64,000 bases of DNA from an uncultured Alphaproteobacteria bacterium (GTDB lineage Bacteria; Pseudomonadota; Alphaproteobacteria; Bin95): NCBI GenBank assembly GCA_963974445.1, contig CAXBDI010000002.1:5003-69002 (forward strand), in the 5' to 3' direction. Position numbers and translations under genes: made by a program. Under the pieces are notes generated by a model. The model was not told where the DNA came from. It ran no database searches and saw only the letters and a list, made by a program, of their open reading frames with translations. Shown here in pieces: positions 1 to 12,168 of this stretch. Position 1 is the stretch's first letter. Each line of letters opens with the position of its first letter.

Positions 1-1
1 A

Positions 2-1771
<1,770 letters not shown>

Positions 1772-1801
1772 TTGACATCCCAATTCGACGCTTATGGCCG
1801 C

Positions 1802-2884
1802 TCAACGCAACGAAACATACTGACCCGGATGGCGTTCCAGCCGTCCGTCGAGTTCCAGTTCTGCGAGGGTTCGTGCCACCTCAACGCTGGACAAGTGGCA
1901 CTGACGGCAGAGTTCGTCAACGGTGACGGGTGTAGCGCCCAAGGCTTGCAGCAGGCGCGAGGCATGATCGTCCGCCGCATCCAGCGGCTCGTCATCGGCC
2001 GATTCCGGACGGTTGGGCAGCCGGTCGGCATAGCCGTAGAGCGGCGGTCGCTCGTTCGCGGCGGCAAAGGCCGGCAGCACTGCCAGCACGTCCGCCGCTG
2101 TCTCGATAAAGGTCGCGCCGGCGCGCAGCAACTGGTTCGGCCCGGCGGCGCGCGGGTCGATGGGTGAGCCGGGCACGGCGCATAACTCCCGCCCCTCCTC
2201 CAGCGCATAACGGGCGGTGATCAGCGAGCCAGAGCGCTGTGCCGCCTCCACCACCACCACTGCCAACGAAAGGCCGACGATGATGCGGTTGCGCCGCGGA
2301 AACAACTCGGCACGCGTCTCGGTGCCGAGCGGCATCTCGCTCACCAAAACGCCGGCGGGCAGGATCGACTCGGCCAGCCGCGCATGCTCCGCCGGGTAGA
2401 TTTTGTCGAGCCCGCCGGCCATCACCGCGATCGTACCGGTGGTGAGCGCGCCCCGGTGGGCGCCGCCGTCGATGCCGCGGGCCAGGCCGGAGACGATCAC
2501 AAGGTCGTGAAGACCCAATTCTTTCGCCAGGCCCTCGGCAAGACGTGCCCCCGCCGCCGATGCGTTGCGCGCACCGACAATGGCGACCGCGCGCTTTTGC
2601 AAGGCCGGCAGGTGGCCGACGACCGACAGCACCGGCGGCGGCGCGGCAGAGTTGGCCAGCAGGTCGGGATAGTCCGGGTCGCCCAGCAGCAGGAACCGGC
2701 CGCCCATCGCCTTTAGGCCTTTGCCCTCCGCGACGATCCGGTCCATCGCAATCGGCTTCCAGTCATCGCCCAGCCGCTGGCGCAGGTAGGCGGTGCGCTT
2801 CAATACCTCCTCTGCCGAGCCGAACCGCTCAATCAGGCTGCAGAAGCGTTTCGGGCCGATGCCGTGGCTGCGCGCCAACTGCAA
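1802..2884 (-). CDS. dprA: DNA-processing protein DprA (Smf)
   Basis: The 360-aa ORF contains AIVGARNASAAG..VIVSGLARGIDGGAHRGAL..GTIAVMAGGLDKIYPAEH..FPRRNRII, the DprA Rossmann-like core. An in-frame TGA lies 18 codons upstream, and TTG at 2884 is the first canonical start. Confidence 0.9.
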   Translation of the reverse strand: MQLARSHGIGPKRFCSLIERFGSAEEVLKRTAYLRQRLGDDWKPIAMDRIVAEGKGLKAMGGRFLLLGDPDYPDLLANSAAPPPVLSVVGHLPALQKRAVAIVGARNASAAGARLAEGLAKELGLHDLVIVSGLARGIDGGAHRGALTTGTIAVMAGGLDKIYPAEHARLAESILPAGVLVSEMPLGTETRAELFPRRNRIIVGLSLAVVVVEAAQRSGSLITARYALEEGRELCAVPGSPIDPRAAGPNQLLRAGATFIETAADVLAVLPAFAAANERPPLYGYADRLPNRPESADDEPLDAADDHASRLLQALGATPVTVDELCRQCHLSSVEVARTLAELELDGRLERHPGQYVSLR

Positions 2885-3034
2885 CCGGGCCCGCCGCTCG
2901 TCCAGATCGGTCGCGTGCTCGATAATCGGAACTCTCCATCAGCCGCCCCGAGGGTTCAGGACGCCTTAACGAAGATTAATGTCCGTTCAAATTGGTTAAT
3001 GAGAGACTAACGAAACAGCGAAGCATCCTCGCCG

Positions 3035-3649
3035 CTATTTGCCTTTGCCGATCCGCGGCTCCTCGCCCTTCAGCAGGCGGCGGATATTGGTGTAGTGGCG
3101 CGCGATCACCACCAGGGCGATGAAAATGGCCACGTCGCGGATTTGCGGCAGACCGATGAAATGCGCTGCTATCGGCGCGGCAACGACCGCCAGCAAGGAC
3201 GCCAGCGACGAGAAGCGGAACAGCACCGCCACCGCAAGCCAGGTCGCACACGCGACAGCGCCGACCGCCGGGCCCAGTGCCAGCAGGACACCCAAGGTCG
3301 TCGCAACGCCCTTGCCGCCCCTGAAGCGCAGCCAGACCGGGAAGCAATGGCCCAGCACCGCGCCGGCGGCGGCGAACACCGCCATGTCCGGCCCGAACCG
3401 CCAGGCGATCAGCACCGCCACCGCCCCCTTGCCGGCATCCAGCAGCACCACGGCCAGCGCCAACGGCTTGTTGCCGGTGCGCAGCACGTTGGTCGCACCG
3501 ATGCTGCCGCTGCCGATGCTGCGGACATCGCCGAGGCCGGCCATCCGGGTCAGCAGCAGGCCGAACGGGATCGAGCCCAGCAGGTACGCCAGCACGAGTC
3601 CGGCATAGAACGGCCATTGATAGCTTATGTCGCCCAAGAGATCAGGCAT
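3035..3649 (-). CDS. plsY: Glycerol-3-phosphate acyltransferase PlsY
   Basis: 204 aa and multi-pass membrane. Motifs are GSIPFGLLLTR, SGSIGATNVLRTGNK and FRGGKGVAT. Confidence 0.92.
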   Translation of the reverse strand: MPDLLGDISYQWPFYAGLVLAYLLGSIPFGLLLTRMAGLGDVRSIGSGSIGATNVLRTGNKPLALAVVLLDAGKGAVAVLIAWRFGPDMAVFAAAGAVLGHCFPVWLRFRGGKGVATTLGVLLALGPAVGAVACATWLAVAVLFRFSSLASLLAVVAAPIAAHFIGLPQIRDVAIFIALVVIARHYTNIRRLLKGEEPRIGKGK

Positions 3650-3703
3650 CGCCGTTCAGTCCTCTTTCGTCCCGAGACAACCGGGCAGCTGCCACGCCGC
3701 AGC

Positions 3704-4996
3704 CTACGCTTCCGGCACCTGGTAGACGATACGGCCATCGACGACGGTCATGCGCACCTGGCCCTGCACCGGGCGGCCATCATAGGGCGCGTTCTTGGAC
3801 TTGCCGACGCCGCCTTTCACGTCCAACCGCCAAGGGCGGTCCAGGTCGAAGATCACCAGATCCGCCGGCTTGCCCACGGCGAGCGTGCCGAGCGGCAAGC
3901 CCAGCAGCTTCGCCGGCGCCGCCGTCATCTTCTCCAGCACCTGCATCAAGGATAATGCGCCGCTGTGCACCAGTTCCAGCGCCAGCGGAAGCAGCGTCTC
4001 GACGCCGACCATGCCCGGCTCGGCCTGGGCGAAGGGGATGCGCTTCGACTCCTGGTCGTGCGGAGCGTGGTCGGAGGCGATGACGTCGATGGTGCCGTCG
4101 CGCAGCGCCTCGACCACCGCCAGCCGGTCCGGCTCCGCCCGCAGCGGCGGTGAGACCTTCGCGAACGTGCGGTATCCCTGTACCTCCAACTCGTTCAGCG
4201 CGAAATAGGGTGGAGCAGTGTCGGCGGTGACGCGCAAGCCCTCCGCCTTGGCGCGGCGAATCACCGCCAACCCCTCGGCGGTCGAGAGGTGGGCCGCGTG
4301 ATAACGGCCGCCGGTCAGCGCTACCAGCCGCCGGTCGCGCTCCAGCAGCATCGACTCCGCGGCGGGCGGGATACCGACGAGGCCGAGCCGGGTCGCCAAC
4401 TCGCCCTCGTTCATGTGCCCGCCGTGAGAGAGGTCCGGGTCTTCCGGGTGCTGGATCAGCAGGGCGTCGAAGGCTTTGGCGTAGGAAAGGGCGTTGCGCA
4501 TCACCTGCGCGTTCCGCACCGCGCGCAGGCCGTCCGTGAAGGCCAGGGCGCCAGCCTCGCGCAATAGCCCCATCTCGACCAATTGCTTGCCGGCAAGGCC
4601 CTTGGTGACGGCGCCATAGACGAAAATCTTCACCAGCTTCACTTCGCGGGCCCGTCTGGCAACAAACTCGACGACGGCGACATCGTCAATCACCGGGTCG
4701 GTGTTCGGCAAGCCGACCAGGGCCGTGATGCCGCCGGCCGCGGCGGCGCGAGAGATGCTGTCCAGCGTCTCCTTATGCTCCTGCCCCGGCTCACGGAACT
4801 GAGTGCGCATATCGACGAGGCCGGGCGCCAGGCAATGGCCGCGGCAATCGATCCACTCGATATCAGGAGAGAGTTGATCCGGGCGGATGTGCGGACCGAC
4901 ATCGGCGATAGCCTCGTCGATAACCAGCAGGCCGCCGGTCTGGTCCATGCCACTCGCCGGGTCGAGCAGCCGGGCGTTGACGAAGGCGCAGCGCAT
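3704..4996 (-). CDS. pyrC: Dihydroorotase (long, amidohydrolase type)
   Basis: 430 aa with PGLVDMRTQFREPGQEHKE..ITALV..PNTDP and a DHAPH motif. Its start overlaps the pyrB stop (TGATG), indicating an operon. Confidence 0.9.
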   Translation of the reverse strand: MRCAFVNARLLDPASGMDQTGGLLVIDEAIADVGPHIRPDQLSPDIEWIDCRGHCLAPGLVDMRTQFREPGQEHKETLDSISRAAAAGGITALVGLPNTDPVIDDVAVVEFVARRAREVKLVKIFVYGAVTKGLAGKQLVEMGLLREAGALAFTDGLRAVRNAQVMRNALSYAKAFDALLIQHPEDPDLSHGGHMNEGELATRLGLVGIPPAAESMLLERDRRLVALTGGRYHAAHLSTAEGLAVIRRAKAEGLRVTADTAPPYFALNELEVQGYRTFAKVSPPLRAEPDRLAVVEALRDGTIDVIASDHAPHDQESKRIPFAQAEPGMVGVETLLPLALELVHSGALSLMQVLEKMTAAPAKLLGLPLGTLAVGKPADLVIFDLDRPWRLDVKGGVGKSKNAPYDGRPVQGQVRMTVVDGRIVYQVPEA

Positions 4997-5982
4997 CAGG
5001 ACGAGCCCCCCGCCGCGGTTTCATCTTCGGCATTCGCCACCAGGTTGCGGGTCAGCAGGTCGAGGCAGGCCATGCGCACCGCCACCCCCATCTCCACCTG
5101 CTCCGGTATGACCGAGCGGTTGATGTCGTCGGCCACGTCCGAATCGATCTCGATGCCGCGATTCATCGGCCCCGGGTGCATGATCAAGGCGTCGGGCTTG
5201 GCGGCGCGCAGCTTCTCCGCATCCAGGCCGAAATAGCGGAAATATTCCCGCTGCGAGGGGAACAGAGAGCCCTGCATGCGCTCGGTCTGAATGCGCAGCA
5301 TCATGACGATATCCACGTCTTTCAGGCCCGCCGCCATGTCGTTGTAGACCTCGACGCCCAGCCGATCCGCATCCGCCGGCACCAGGGTTGGCGGTGCTAC
5401 GATGCGCACATAGGCGCCCATGGTTTGCAGCAGCAGGATGTTGGAGCGCGCAACGCGGCTGTGCGCGATGTCGCCGCAGATCGCCACGTTCAGCCCGGCC
5501 AGCCGGCCCAGCCGGCGGCGGATCGTCAGCGCGTCGAGCAGCGCCTGCGTCGGGTGCTCATGCCAGCCATCGCCGGCGTTGATCACCGAACACTCGACCT
5601 TCTCGGAGATCAGTTGCACCGCGCCGGAATAGGGGTGGCGCACGATGAGCACATCCGGGTGCATGGCGTTCAGGGTCATGGCGGTATCCAGCAGCGTCTC
5701 GCCCTTGTTGATGGCGCTCGCCTCGACCGCGATGTTGATCACGTCCGCCCCCAGCCGCTTGCCCGCCAGCTCGAACGAGGTGCGGGTGCGGGTCGAGCTT
5801 TCGAAGAACACGTTGATGACCGTGCGCCCACGCAGATCGCTGCGCTTCTTATCTCGCCCGCGGTTCAACGCGACATAGCTCTCGGACAGATCGAGAATGG
5901 TGGAGATGGCACCGGGACCCATGCCCTCGATGCCAAGAATATGCTGATGCGGGAATACGATGTCGGCCATAAAGTCAGCCAT
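4996..5982 (-). CDS. pyrB: Aspartate carbamoyltransferase catalytic subunit
   Basis: 328 aa with the [21 protein letters not shown] and HPxQ (EHPTQALLD) signature motifs. Confidence 0.95.
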   Translation of the reverse strand: MADFMADIVFPHQHILGIEGMGPGAISTILDLSESYVALNRGRDKKRSDLRGRTVINVFFESSTRTRTSFELAGKRLGADVINIAVEASAINKGETLLDTAMTLNAMHPDVLIVRHPYSGAVQLISEKVECSVINAGDGWHEHPTQALLDALTIRRRLGRLAGLNVAICGDIAHSRVARSNILLLQTMGAYVRIVAPPTLVPADADRLGVEVYNDMAAGLKDVDIVMMLRIQTERMQGSLFPSQREYFRYFGLDAEKLRAAKPDALIMHPGPMNRGIEIDSDVADDINRSVIPEQVEMGVAVRMACLDLLTRNLVANAEDETAAGGSS

Positions 5983-6086
5983 GTACCCGCGAGTCGGAAA
6001 GGGGGCAAGCCCGCCATGCCGTGTCTGTGCCGACCACTATGCCACGAGGGTTAAGGCGATACTCGGGCAATCTTGCCGATCGGAAG

Positions 6087-6117
6087 CAAAAGCCCGGCAG
6101 CGTGGGCTGCCGGGCTT
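6087..6117 (-). terminator. Rho-independent terminator downstream of the 6180..7019 gene
   Basis: The minus strand reads AGCCCGGCAGC-CCAC-GCTGCCGGGCT followed by TTTTGCTT. This is an 11-bp GC-rich stem with a T-tract, about 60 nt after the stop at 6180. Confidence 0.6.
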
Positions 6118-6179
6118 AGAAGAAACTTGCCGTTATGCGTGGTTATAGAACGATACCGCGCAACGGCAGAAGGCTTACG

Positions 6180-7019
6180 CTACCGGAAACGGCGGCGCAC
6201 AAAGCCCAGAGCGATCAGGCCGCCGGCAAGCAGCGCAATCGGAGCCGGCGTCGGTATCGGCGTCGGGTTGGTGACCGAACCGCCGGCCGCGCCGATGATG
6301 ATGGCGTTGTTGGTCGCGTTGGACGTACCGAACACCGACAACCCGCCAAAGTTATCAAAGCGGTTGTGGTAGGGGCCGGAGCCCAGATCGGCGTTCGTCA
6401 GGCCGGGAAACGCAGCGTTGCCCGCTGCGGTAAGATTAATGCCAGTGGTGAATTCACCTGTAACCGTTAGTCCGGGGAGCAGCGAAGCCACCCAGCCATA
6501 GCCGTTCGACTGGCTGAACAGGCCGCCGCCATTGCCCAGGAAGGTGTCGATCACGGCCGCGTTGGCGGTAAAGATCGCCAATTCGGCCGCGGTGGTGCCG
6601 CCGGGAACATTGCTGGCGGAATCCATCATGATGATGCCGACATTGTTGACGTTGACGCCGCCGGAACCGTCAAAAAAGGCAGTCAGATCGGCGACGCCAT
6701 CGACATTCTGGAACGTCCAACCCGCGCCCGGCAAAGACGACAGGCCGAACGCCGACGTGGCCGCATTCTGCGCCGTGCTGCCGGTGCTGCCGAGATTGGC
6801 TACCACCATATTCGTGGTGGTCAGGCTCGGTGCGCCCGCCAGGTTCTCGATCGCGCGTTGCATGAAGAACCAACCGTCTTGATTGACGCCTGCATTCACG
6901 AACCCATGATCGTCGGCGTCGGTGCCGGAGAGAATAAACGGACCGGCATACGCGGCGCCGCTGAACAATGCCGCTGCCACGGTAGTAGCGGACAGCAGGC
7001 TTTTGATTGCAAACTTCAT
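6180..7019 (-). CDS. Exported protein with a PEP-CTERM-like (PAP-CTERM) C-terminal sorting signal
   Basis: Signal peptide MKFAIKSLLSATTVAAALFSGAAYA. The body is Gly/Asn/Thr-rich. The C-terminus PTPIPTPAP-IALLAGGLIALGFV-RRRFR is a Pro motif, a TM helix and a basic cluster. GAGGAGG RBS lies 7 nt upstream of the ATG. Confidence 0.7.
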   Translation of the reverse strand: MKFAIKSLLSATTVAAALFSGAAYAGPFILSGTDADDHGFVNAGVNQDGWFFMQRAIENLAGAPSLTTTNMVVANLGSTGSTAQNAATSAFGLSSLPGAGWTFQNVDGVADLTAFFDGSGGVNVNNVGIIMMDSASNVPGGTTAAELAIFTANAAVIDTFLGNGGGLFSQSNGYGWVASLLPGLTVTGEFTTGINLTAAGNAAFPGLTNADLGSGPYHNRFDNFGGLSVFGTSNATNNAIIIGAAGGSVTNPTPIPTPAPIALLAGGLIALGFVRRRFR

Positions 7020-7079
7020 TTTTCGACCTCCTCAGTTAATATACAGGCATAACAACTATTGCCATGCTTCACCTCCCTT

Positions 7080-7094
7080 GCAATCAGAATGCCA
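7080..7094 (-). promoter_or_regulatory. Sigma-54 (-24/-12) promoter for the PAP-CTERM protein gene
   Basis: The minus strand reads T-TGGCAT-TCTGA-TTGC-A. GG and GC have the exact consensus spacing (TGGCAC-N5-TTGC). The predicted TSS is about 50 nt upstream of the ATG at 7019. Confidence 0.65.
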
Positions 7095-7135
7095 AAACCA
7101 CTCATCGCCTCAGTAAAATAAAATAAATATAGGCG

Positions 7136-7148
7136 CATCAATAGCTTG
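7136..7148. promoter_or_regulatory. IHF-like site between the upstream half-site array and the sigma-54 promoter
   Basis: cATCAAtagcTTG matches WATCAANNNNTTR except for the first base. It is preceded by the A/T tract AAAATAAAATAAATATA and is centred about 70 nt upstream of the predicted TSS. The motif is weak on its own. Confidence 0.35.
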
Positions 7149-7201
7149 CGACGCCGGTCATCCGTCAAACGAAAACCGAAGCCGGGCGCGGTAGCAGCAA
7201 A

Positions 7202-7241
7202 CTGTAAAAAATCTCTTACAAATGTAAGGCCGCTCTTACAG
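7202..7241. promoter_or_regulatory. Array of four TGTAAG/CTTACA half-sites (candidate enhancer/UAS)
   Basis: CTGTAA-N7-CTTACA-AA-TGTAAG-N6-CTTACAG forms two nested inverted pairs of an AT-rich hexamer in a GC-rich genome. It lies about 130-170 nt upstream of the sigma-54 TSS. Confidence 0.4.
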
Positions 7242-7447
7242 CCTCAAGGGAAATTAACTACAACTTTCAGTAATTTTGCGTCTGATCCAACATTCCCCAC
7301 ATGCCGCGCTTGCGGTGAGAATATTGCTCAAAACTTGGAATTAGACCTAATTTTCGAGCCTATTCGAGAGTTCGGTCCGGTGTTCGTACATCCTGGACGG
7401 GTGATCCGCACATTTTGGACTGCAAAACGCCATCGCCAGCGCGACGG

Positions 7448-8005
7448 TCAGGACGCCTCGCCGGGTTCCTCGCCGAGGTTGTCGGTCGCATCCGGCTCGT
7501 CATCCAGGTCCGGCGTCACCGGACGGATCAGGAAGTCCAAACAGCCCTGCAGGATAAAGGCGGCGGCAGTCTGGTCGATCAACTCCTTGCGGCGCGAGCG
7601 GGAGAGGTCCGCCTCCTCAAGCAGCAGCCGTTCGGCGGCGACGGAGGAGAAGCGCTCGTCCCAGAGGGCGACCGGCAGGCCGAAATGACTCGACAGGTTG
7701 TGCGCGAACTGGCGGCTGGCTTGAGCGCGCGGGCCCTGGCCGCCATCCTGGTTCAGCGGCATGCCGACGACGATGCCGCCGACCGCCTCGCCCTTCCAGA
7801 ACGTCGCCAGACGCTCGGCGGTTTCGAAGAAGCGGTCGGCGCGGCGCACGACGCCGGCGGGCGAGGCGATGCGGCGGCCGGGGTCGGACAAGGCGACGCC
7901 GATCTTGCGCGAACCGACGTCGAGCCCGACCAGCCGCGTGTGACGTGGCAGCCCGGCGAGGTCGGCAGGCTTGCAAATCCGGGTTTGCTGGCTAGAGATG
8001 GGCAC
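7448..8005 (-). CDS. ruvX: Holliday-junction resolvase-like nuclease RuvX (YqgF)
   Basis: Contains LVGLDVGSRKIGVALSD..GIVVGMPLNQDGGQGPRAQASRQFA..LWDERFSS. The start is uncertain. Confidence 0.88.
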   Translation of the reverse strand: MPISSQQTRICKPADLAGLPRHTRLVGLDVGSRKIGVALSDPGRRIASPAGVVRRADRFFETAERLATFWKGEAVGGIVVGMPLNQDGGQGPRAQASRQFAHNLSSHFGLPVALWDERFSSVAAERLLLEEADLSRSRRKELIDQTAAAFILQGCLDFLIRPVTPDLDDEPDATDNLGEEPGEAS

Positions 8006-8050
8006 AGCCCTCCCAAGTGATTAACAGTTAAAGTACGAAGGAACGCGCGC

Positions 8051-8338
8051 ATGGCGTTGGATCAGGCGACGGTGGCACGCATCGCCAATCTGGCTCGCAT
8101 TAAGGTCACAGACGACGAACTGCAAGCCTGGGCCACCGATCTCTCGGCGATTATCGCATTTGTCGAGCAATTGGACGAGGTCAATGTCGATGGTGTCGAG
8201 CCGATGACCGGCGTCGGCGGCTTTCCGCTGCCGCTGCGCCCGGACGTGGTGACCGATGGCGGCTATGCCGATGTGGTGACCGCGAACGCACCGGAAGGCG
8301 CGCTCGGCTTCTACACTGTGCCGAAGGTGGTTGAGTAA
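8051..8338 (+). CDS. gatC: Asp/Glu-tRNA(Asn/Gln) amidotransferase subunit C
   Basis: 95 aa with [44 protein letters not shown]. It abuts gatA. Confidence 0.93.
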   Translation: MALDQATVARIANLARIKVTDDELQAWATDLSAIIAFVEQLDEVNVDGVEPMTGVGGFPLPLRPDVVTDGGYADVVTANAPEGALGFYTVPKVVE

Positions 8339-9810
8339 TGAGCAGCCTTACTGACCTGACTATCGCCGGCGCTCGCAAGGGCCTGGACGCCGACGACTTC
8401 TCGGCGCGCGAACTGACAGACGCGCATATCGCCGCAATGGCCGAGCACAAGATGCTGAACGCCTTCATCACCGAAACGCCGGAGCTTGCGCTCGCCGCAG
8501 CCGACGCAGCCGACAAGCGCCGGGCCGATGGCCAGGTCGCCAGCGTCATGGACGGCGTGCCCATCGCCATGAAGGACCTGTTCTGCACCGCCAATGTCCG
8601 CACCACGGCGGGCTCGCATATTTTAGAGCCGTTCATTCCGCCCTATGAGAGCACGGTATCTGCCAAGCTGAAGGTCGGCGGCTCGGTCATGCTGGGCAAG
8701 GCAAACCTGGACGAATTCGCTATGGGCTCTGCCAATATCACTTCCTATTACGGCCCGGCGATCAACCCGTGGGCCGCAAGTGGCGGCGATAACCGTCAGA
8801 GAGTACCCGGCGGCTCCTCCGGCGGCTCGGCAGCGGCGGTGGCGGCGCGGATCGCCATCGCGGCGACGGGCACGGACACCGGCGGCTCGATCCGCCAGCC
8901 AGCGAGCTTCTGCGGCATTGTCGGCATGAAGCCGACCTATGGCCGCTGCTCGCGCTGGGGGATTGTCGCGTTCGCCTCCTCGCTGGACCAGGCCGGGCCG
9001 ATGACCCGGACGGTCGAGGACGCGGCACTAATGCTGCAGGTCATGGCCGGCCACGACTCGAAGGATTCGACCAGCGCGCCCTACGACACACCGGACTTCT
9101 CGGCGAAGCTGCGCGATGGCGTCAAGGGCCTGAAGATCGGCGTGCCGCGCGAATACCGCGTCGACGGCATGCCGGCGGAGATTGATCAGGTCTGGCAACA
9201 GGGCGCCGACTGGCTGCGCGATCAGGGCGCGGAGGTGGTGGAGATTTCGCTGCCGCACACCCAATACGCGTTGCCGACCTACTACATCATTGCACCGGCG
9301 GAGGCGTCCTCCAACCTCGCCCGCTATGACGGCGTGCGCTATGGACTGCGCGTGCCGGGCCGCGACCTGAAGGAGATGTACGAGAACACCCGCGCCGAAG
9401 GATTCGGGGCGGAGGTGAAGCGCCGGGTGATGATCGGGACATATGTGCTGAGCGCCGGCTATTACGACGCCTACTACCTGAAGGCGCAAAAGGTGCGCTC
9501 GCTGATCCTGCGCGACTTCACGACGGCGTTCGAGGATGTGGATGCGATCCTGACGCCAACCGCCCCCAGCGCCGCGTTCGCGCTCGGCGAAAAGCAGGAC
9601 GACCCAGTGCAGATGTACCTGAACGACGTCTTCACCGTGCCGGCCAGCATGGCGGGCCTGCCGGCGATCAGCGTACCGGGCGGCTTGTCGGCGGAGGGCC
9701 TGCCGCTGGGATTGCATCTGATCGGGCGGCCGTTCGATGAAGTGACCCTGTTCCAGGTCGCGCAAGCGCTGGAGGAAGCGGCGGGATTCGAGGCGCGGCC
9801 GGTGGGTTAA
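8338..9810 (+). CDS. gatA: Asp/Glu-tRNA(Asn/Gln) amidotransferase subunit A
   Basis: 490 aa with the amidase signature [29 protein letters not shown]. Confidence 0.96.
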   Translation: MSSLTDLTIAGARKGLDADDFSARELTDAHIAAMAEHKMLNAFITETPELALAAADAADKRRADGQVASVMDGVPIAMKDLFCTANVRTTAGSHILEPFIPPYESTVSAKLKVGGSVMLGKANLDEFAMGSANITSYYGPAINPWAASGGDNRQRVPGGSSGGSAAAVAARIAIAATGTDTGGSIRQPASFCGIVGMKPTYGRCSRWGIVAFASSLDQAGPMTRTVEDAALMLQVMAGHDSKDSTSAPYDTPDFSAKLRDGVKGLKIGVPREYRVDGMPAEIDQVWQQGADWLRDQGAEVVEISLPHTQYALPTYYIIAPAEASSNLARYDGVRYGLRVPGRDLKEMYENTRAEGFGAEVKRRVMIGTYVLSAGYYDAYYLKAQKVRSLILRDFTTAFEDVDAILTPTAPSAAFALGEKQDDPVQMYLNDVFTVPASMAGLPAISVPGGLSAEGLPLGLHLIGRPFDEVTLFQVAQALEEAAGFEARPVG

Positions 9811-9821
9811 GGCCTGAGAAA

Positions 9822-10697
9822 ATGATACGCGGCGCGCTCTGGCTGTCCATTGGCGTGGTTGCCTTTGGCTGCGGTTTGATGGTCATCAATCTGGTGGGGT
9901 TAGCGATGTCGCCGCGCAGCCCGTTGTTACGAGAATATCGTGAACCGGGCTGGACCCGGCCGCTTCTGGCGGCCTCGGAAGTATTTGACCAATTGTCCAG
10001 TTTGTCTCCCGAGCAGCCGGATTTCATTGCCAACGTGCACGCCGTCTTTACCTACGCCATTGCGCACCCCGTCCCCGAGAGTCTGCGCGCGCTCCGCAGG
10101 GATGCCGATAAGGCAAAGCTAAACGACTCCGAAAAGCAGGCGTTCGGGCTGACGATCTCGCCATTTGACAACTGGTTGCTGTGGCTGTTCGATCTCGTCA
10201 AGGAGCCAGGCTATTACGGTCACGTTTTTTGCGATTGGCGGCGTGCTGTTCACCGAGGCATCGGCGACTGCGAACAGCAGTCAATTGCCATCGTCGATTT
10301 CTTTGCGGAGCACGGCCTCGATACTGGCTTCTTAATGGGCTGGAGCCACGTCGCACCGATGGTAAAGGATCGAGCGGGCCGCTGGTGGCTGACCGACCCA
10401 GATTTTGGGGTTCTGGCCCAAGTCTCGCCGGATGCGCTGCTTGAAGAGCCTGCCCGGGTTCAGCAAGTTTACCGGGGCGTGCGAAACCGTGGTGACGGGG
10501 AGCCATTTGGCATAAACCCGCCAAACCCACCCCGCTTCCAAACCGGGAGTGCGGCGTCGCGCTATCCCATGGCGTGTCCAATCGAGCAGTTATCTTATGT
10601 GTTGAAATGGGCAATCCCTCTGATACTGATAGCCTTCGGAGCATTTATCCTGAGTTGCTCCCGCCAACCGCACCGATTTAGAGAGAAAAATGGCTGA
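9822..10697 (+). CDS. Membrane protein with a transglutaminase-like Cys-His-Asp core, inserted in the gatCAB operon
   Basis: N- and C-terminal TM helices. The putative triad is [16 protein letters not shown] (Cys), GWSHVAP (His) and [10 protein letters not shown] (Asp). It starts 11 nt after the gatA stop, and its stop overlaps the gatB start. GC looks lower than its neighbours by eye. Confidence 0.6.
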   Translation: MIRGALWLSIGVVAFGCGLMVINLVGLAMSPRSPLLREYREPGWTRPLLAASEVFDQLSSLSPEQPDFIANVHAVFTYAIAHPVPESLRALRRDADKAKLNDSEKQAFGLTISPFDNWLLWLFDLVKEPGYYGHVFCDWRRAVHRGIGDCEQQSIAIVDFFAEHGLDTGFLMGWSHVAPMVKDRAGRWWLTDPDFGVLAQVSPDALLEEPARVQQVYRGVRNRGDGEPFGINPPNPPRFQTGSAASRYPMACPIEQLSYVLKWAIPLILIAFGAFILSCSRQPHRFREKNG

Positions 10698-12162
10698 ACT
10701 ATTAGAACACCCCAAACTCCTCAAAGGCGACGGGCATGAGTGGGAGATGGTGATCGGGTTGGAGGTCCATGCCCAGGTGATCTCCAACGCGAAGCTGTTT
10801 TCCGGCGCACCAATTGCCTTCGGTGCGGAGCCGAACACCCAGGTCAGCCTGGTCGATGCGGCCTTCCCTGGCATGCTGCCGGTGCTGAACGAGCATTGTG
10901 TCGAACAGGCCGTGCTGACCGGGCTTGGCATTAACGGTACGGTCAACAAGTACTCGCGCTTTGACCGCAAGAATTATTTCTATGCCGACCTGCCGCAAGG
11001 CTATCAGATCAGCCAGTTCGAGCATCCCATTGTCACCGGCGGCTTTGTCGATGTCGAGCCGGAGGGCGAGGTGGCGAAGCGCATCGGCGTCACCCGCCTG
11101 CACGTGGAACAAGACGCCGGCAAGTCGATCCACGACCAGCACCCGACGCAATCCTATATCGACCTGAACCGCTCCGGCACGGCGCTGATGGAGATCGTGT
11201 CGGAGCCGGACATGCGCTCTGGCGAGCAGGCAACGGCCTATCTGACCAAGCTGCGGCAGATATTGCGCTATCTCGGCACCTGCGACGGCAATATGGATCA
11301 GGGCTCTATGCGCTGCGATATCAATGTCTCGGTGCGCCACCCGGGCGACGAGCTTGGCACGCGCTGCGAGGTGAAGAACGTCAACTCCATCCGCTTCGTG
11401 CGCCAGGCCATTGAGTACGAGGCGCGCCGCCAGATCCGTCTGATCGAGAATGGCGGCACGGTGGTGCAGGAAACCCGGCTCTACGACCCCGCCAAGGGCG
11501 AGACCCGCTCGATGCGCTCGAAGGAAGACGCGCACGACTACCGCTACTTCCCAGACCCAGACCTGCTGCCGCTGCGCCTGGAAGATGCCTATATAGAGCG
11601 CATCCGCGCCGGCATGCCGGAATTGCCGGATGCCAAGCGGGCGCGGTTCGTCAAGGATTACGGCATTTCAGACTACGATGCCTGGGTGATGACGGCCGAC
11701 CAGGCCACCGCCGATTTCTTCGAGAGTGTTGTGAAGGGACGCGACGCCAAGCTGGCGACCAACTGGATCACCGGCGACTACTTCGCCTACCTGAACCGCG
11801 AAGGCTATGACGTCACCAACGCGCCCATCGGGGCGGAAAGGCTGGGCGGGCTGATCGGCCTGATCGCGGATAACACCATCTCGGGGCGCATCGCCAAAGA
11901 CGTGTTCGAGGCGATGATCGAAAGTGGCAAGGACGCCGCCGCCATCGTCGAAGAAAAAGGCCTGGTCCAGATCACCGACACCGGCGCTATCGAGGCGATG
12001 ATCGACGACGTCATGGCCAAGAACGCCGATAAGGTCGAGCAATACCGCTCCGGCAAAGACAAGCTATTCGGTTTTTTCGTCGGCCAGGTGATGAAAGCGA
12101 CCCAAGGCAAAGCCAACCCGGCGCTGGTCAACCAGTTGCTGAAGCCGAAGCTCGACGGCTGA
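10690..12162 (+). CDS. gatB: Asp/Glu-tRNA(Asn/Gln) amidotransferase subunit B
   Basis: 490 aa with [42 protein letters not shown]. Confidence 0.96.
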   Translation: MAELLEHPKLLKGDGHEWEMVIGLEVHAQVISNAKLFSGAPIAFGAEPNTQVSLVDAAFPGMLPVLNEHCVEQAVLTGLGINGTVNKYSRFDRKNYFYADLPQGYQISQFEHPIVTGGFVDVEPEGEVAKRIGVTRLHVEQDAGKSIHDQHPTQSYIDLNRSGTALMEIVSEPDMRSGEQATAYLTKLRQILRYLGTCDGNMDQGSMRCDINVSVRHPGDELGTRCEVKNVNSIRFVRQAIEYEARRQIRLIENGGTVVQETRLYDPAKGETRSMRSKEDAHDYRYFPDPDLLPLRLEDAYIERIRAGMPELPDAKRARFVKDYGISDYDAWVMTADQATADFFESVVKGRDAKLATNWITGDYFAYLNREGYDVTNAPIGAERLGGLIGLIADNTISGRIAKDVFEAMIESGKDAAAIVEEKGLVQITDTGAIEAMIDDVMAKNADKVEQYRSGKDKLFGFFVGQVMKATQGKANPALVNQLLKPKLDG

Positions 12163-12168
12163 AATCAG

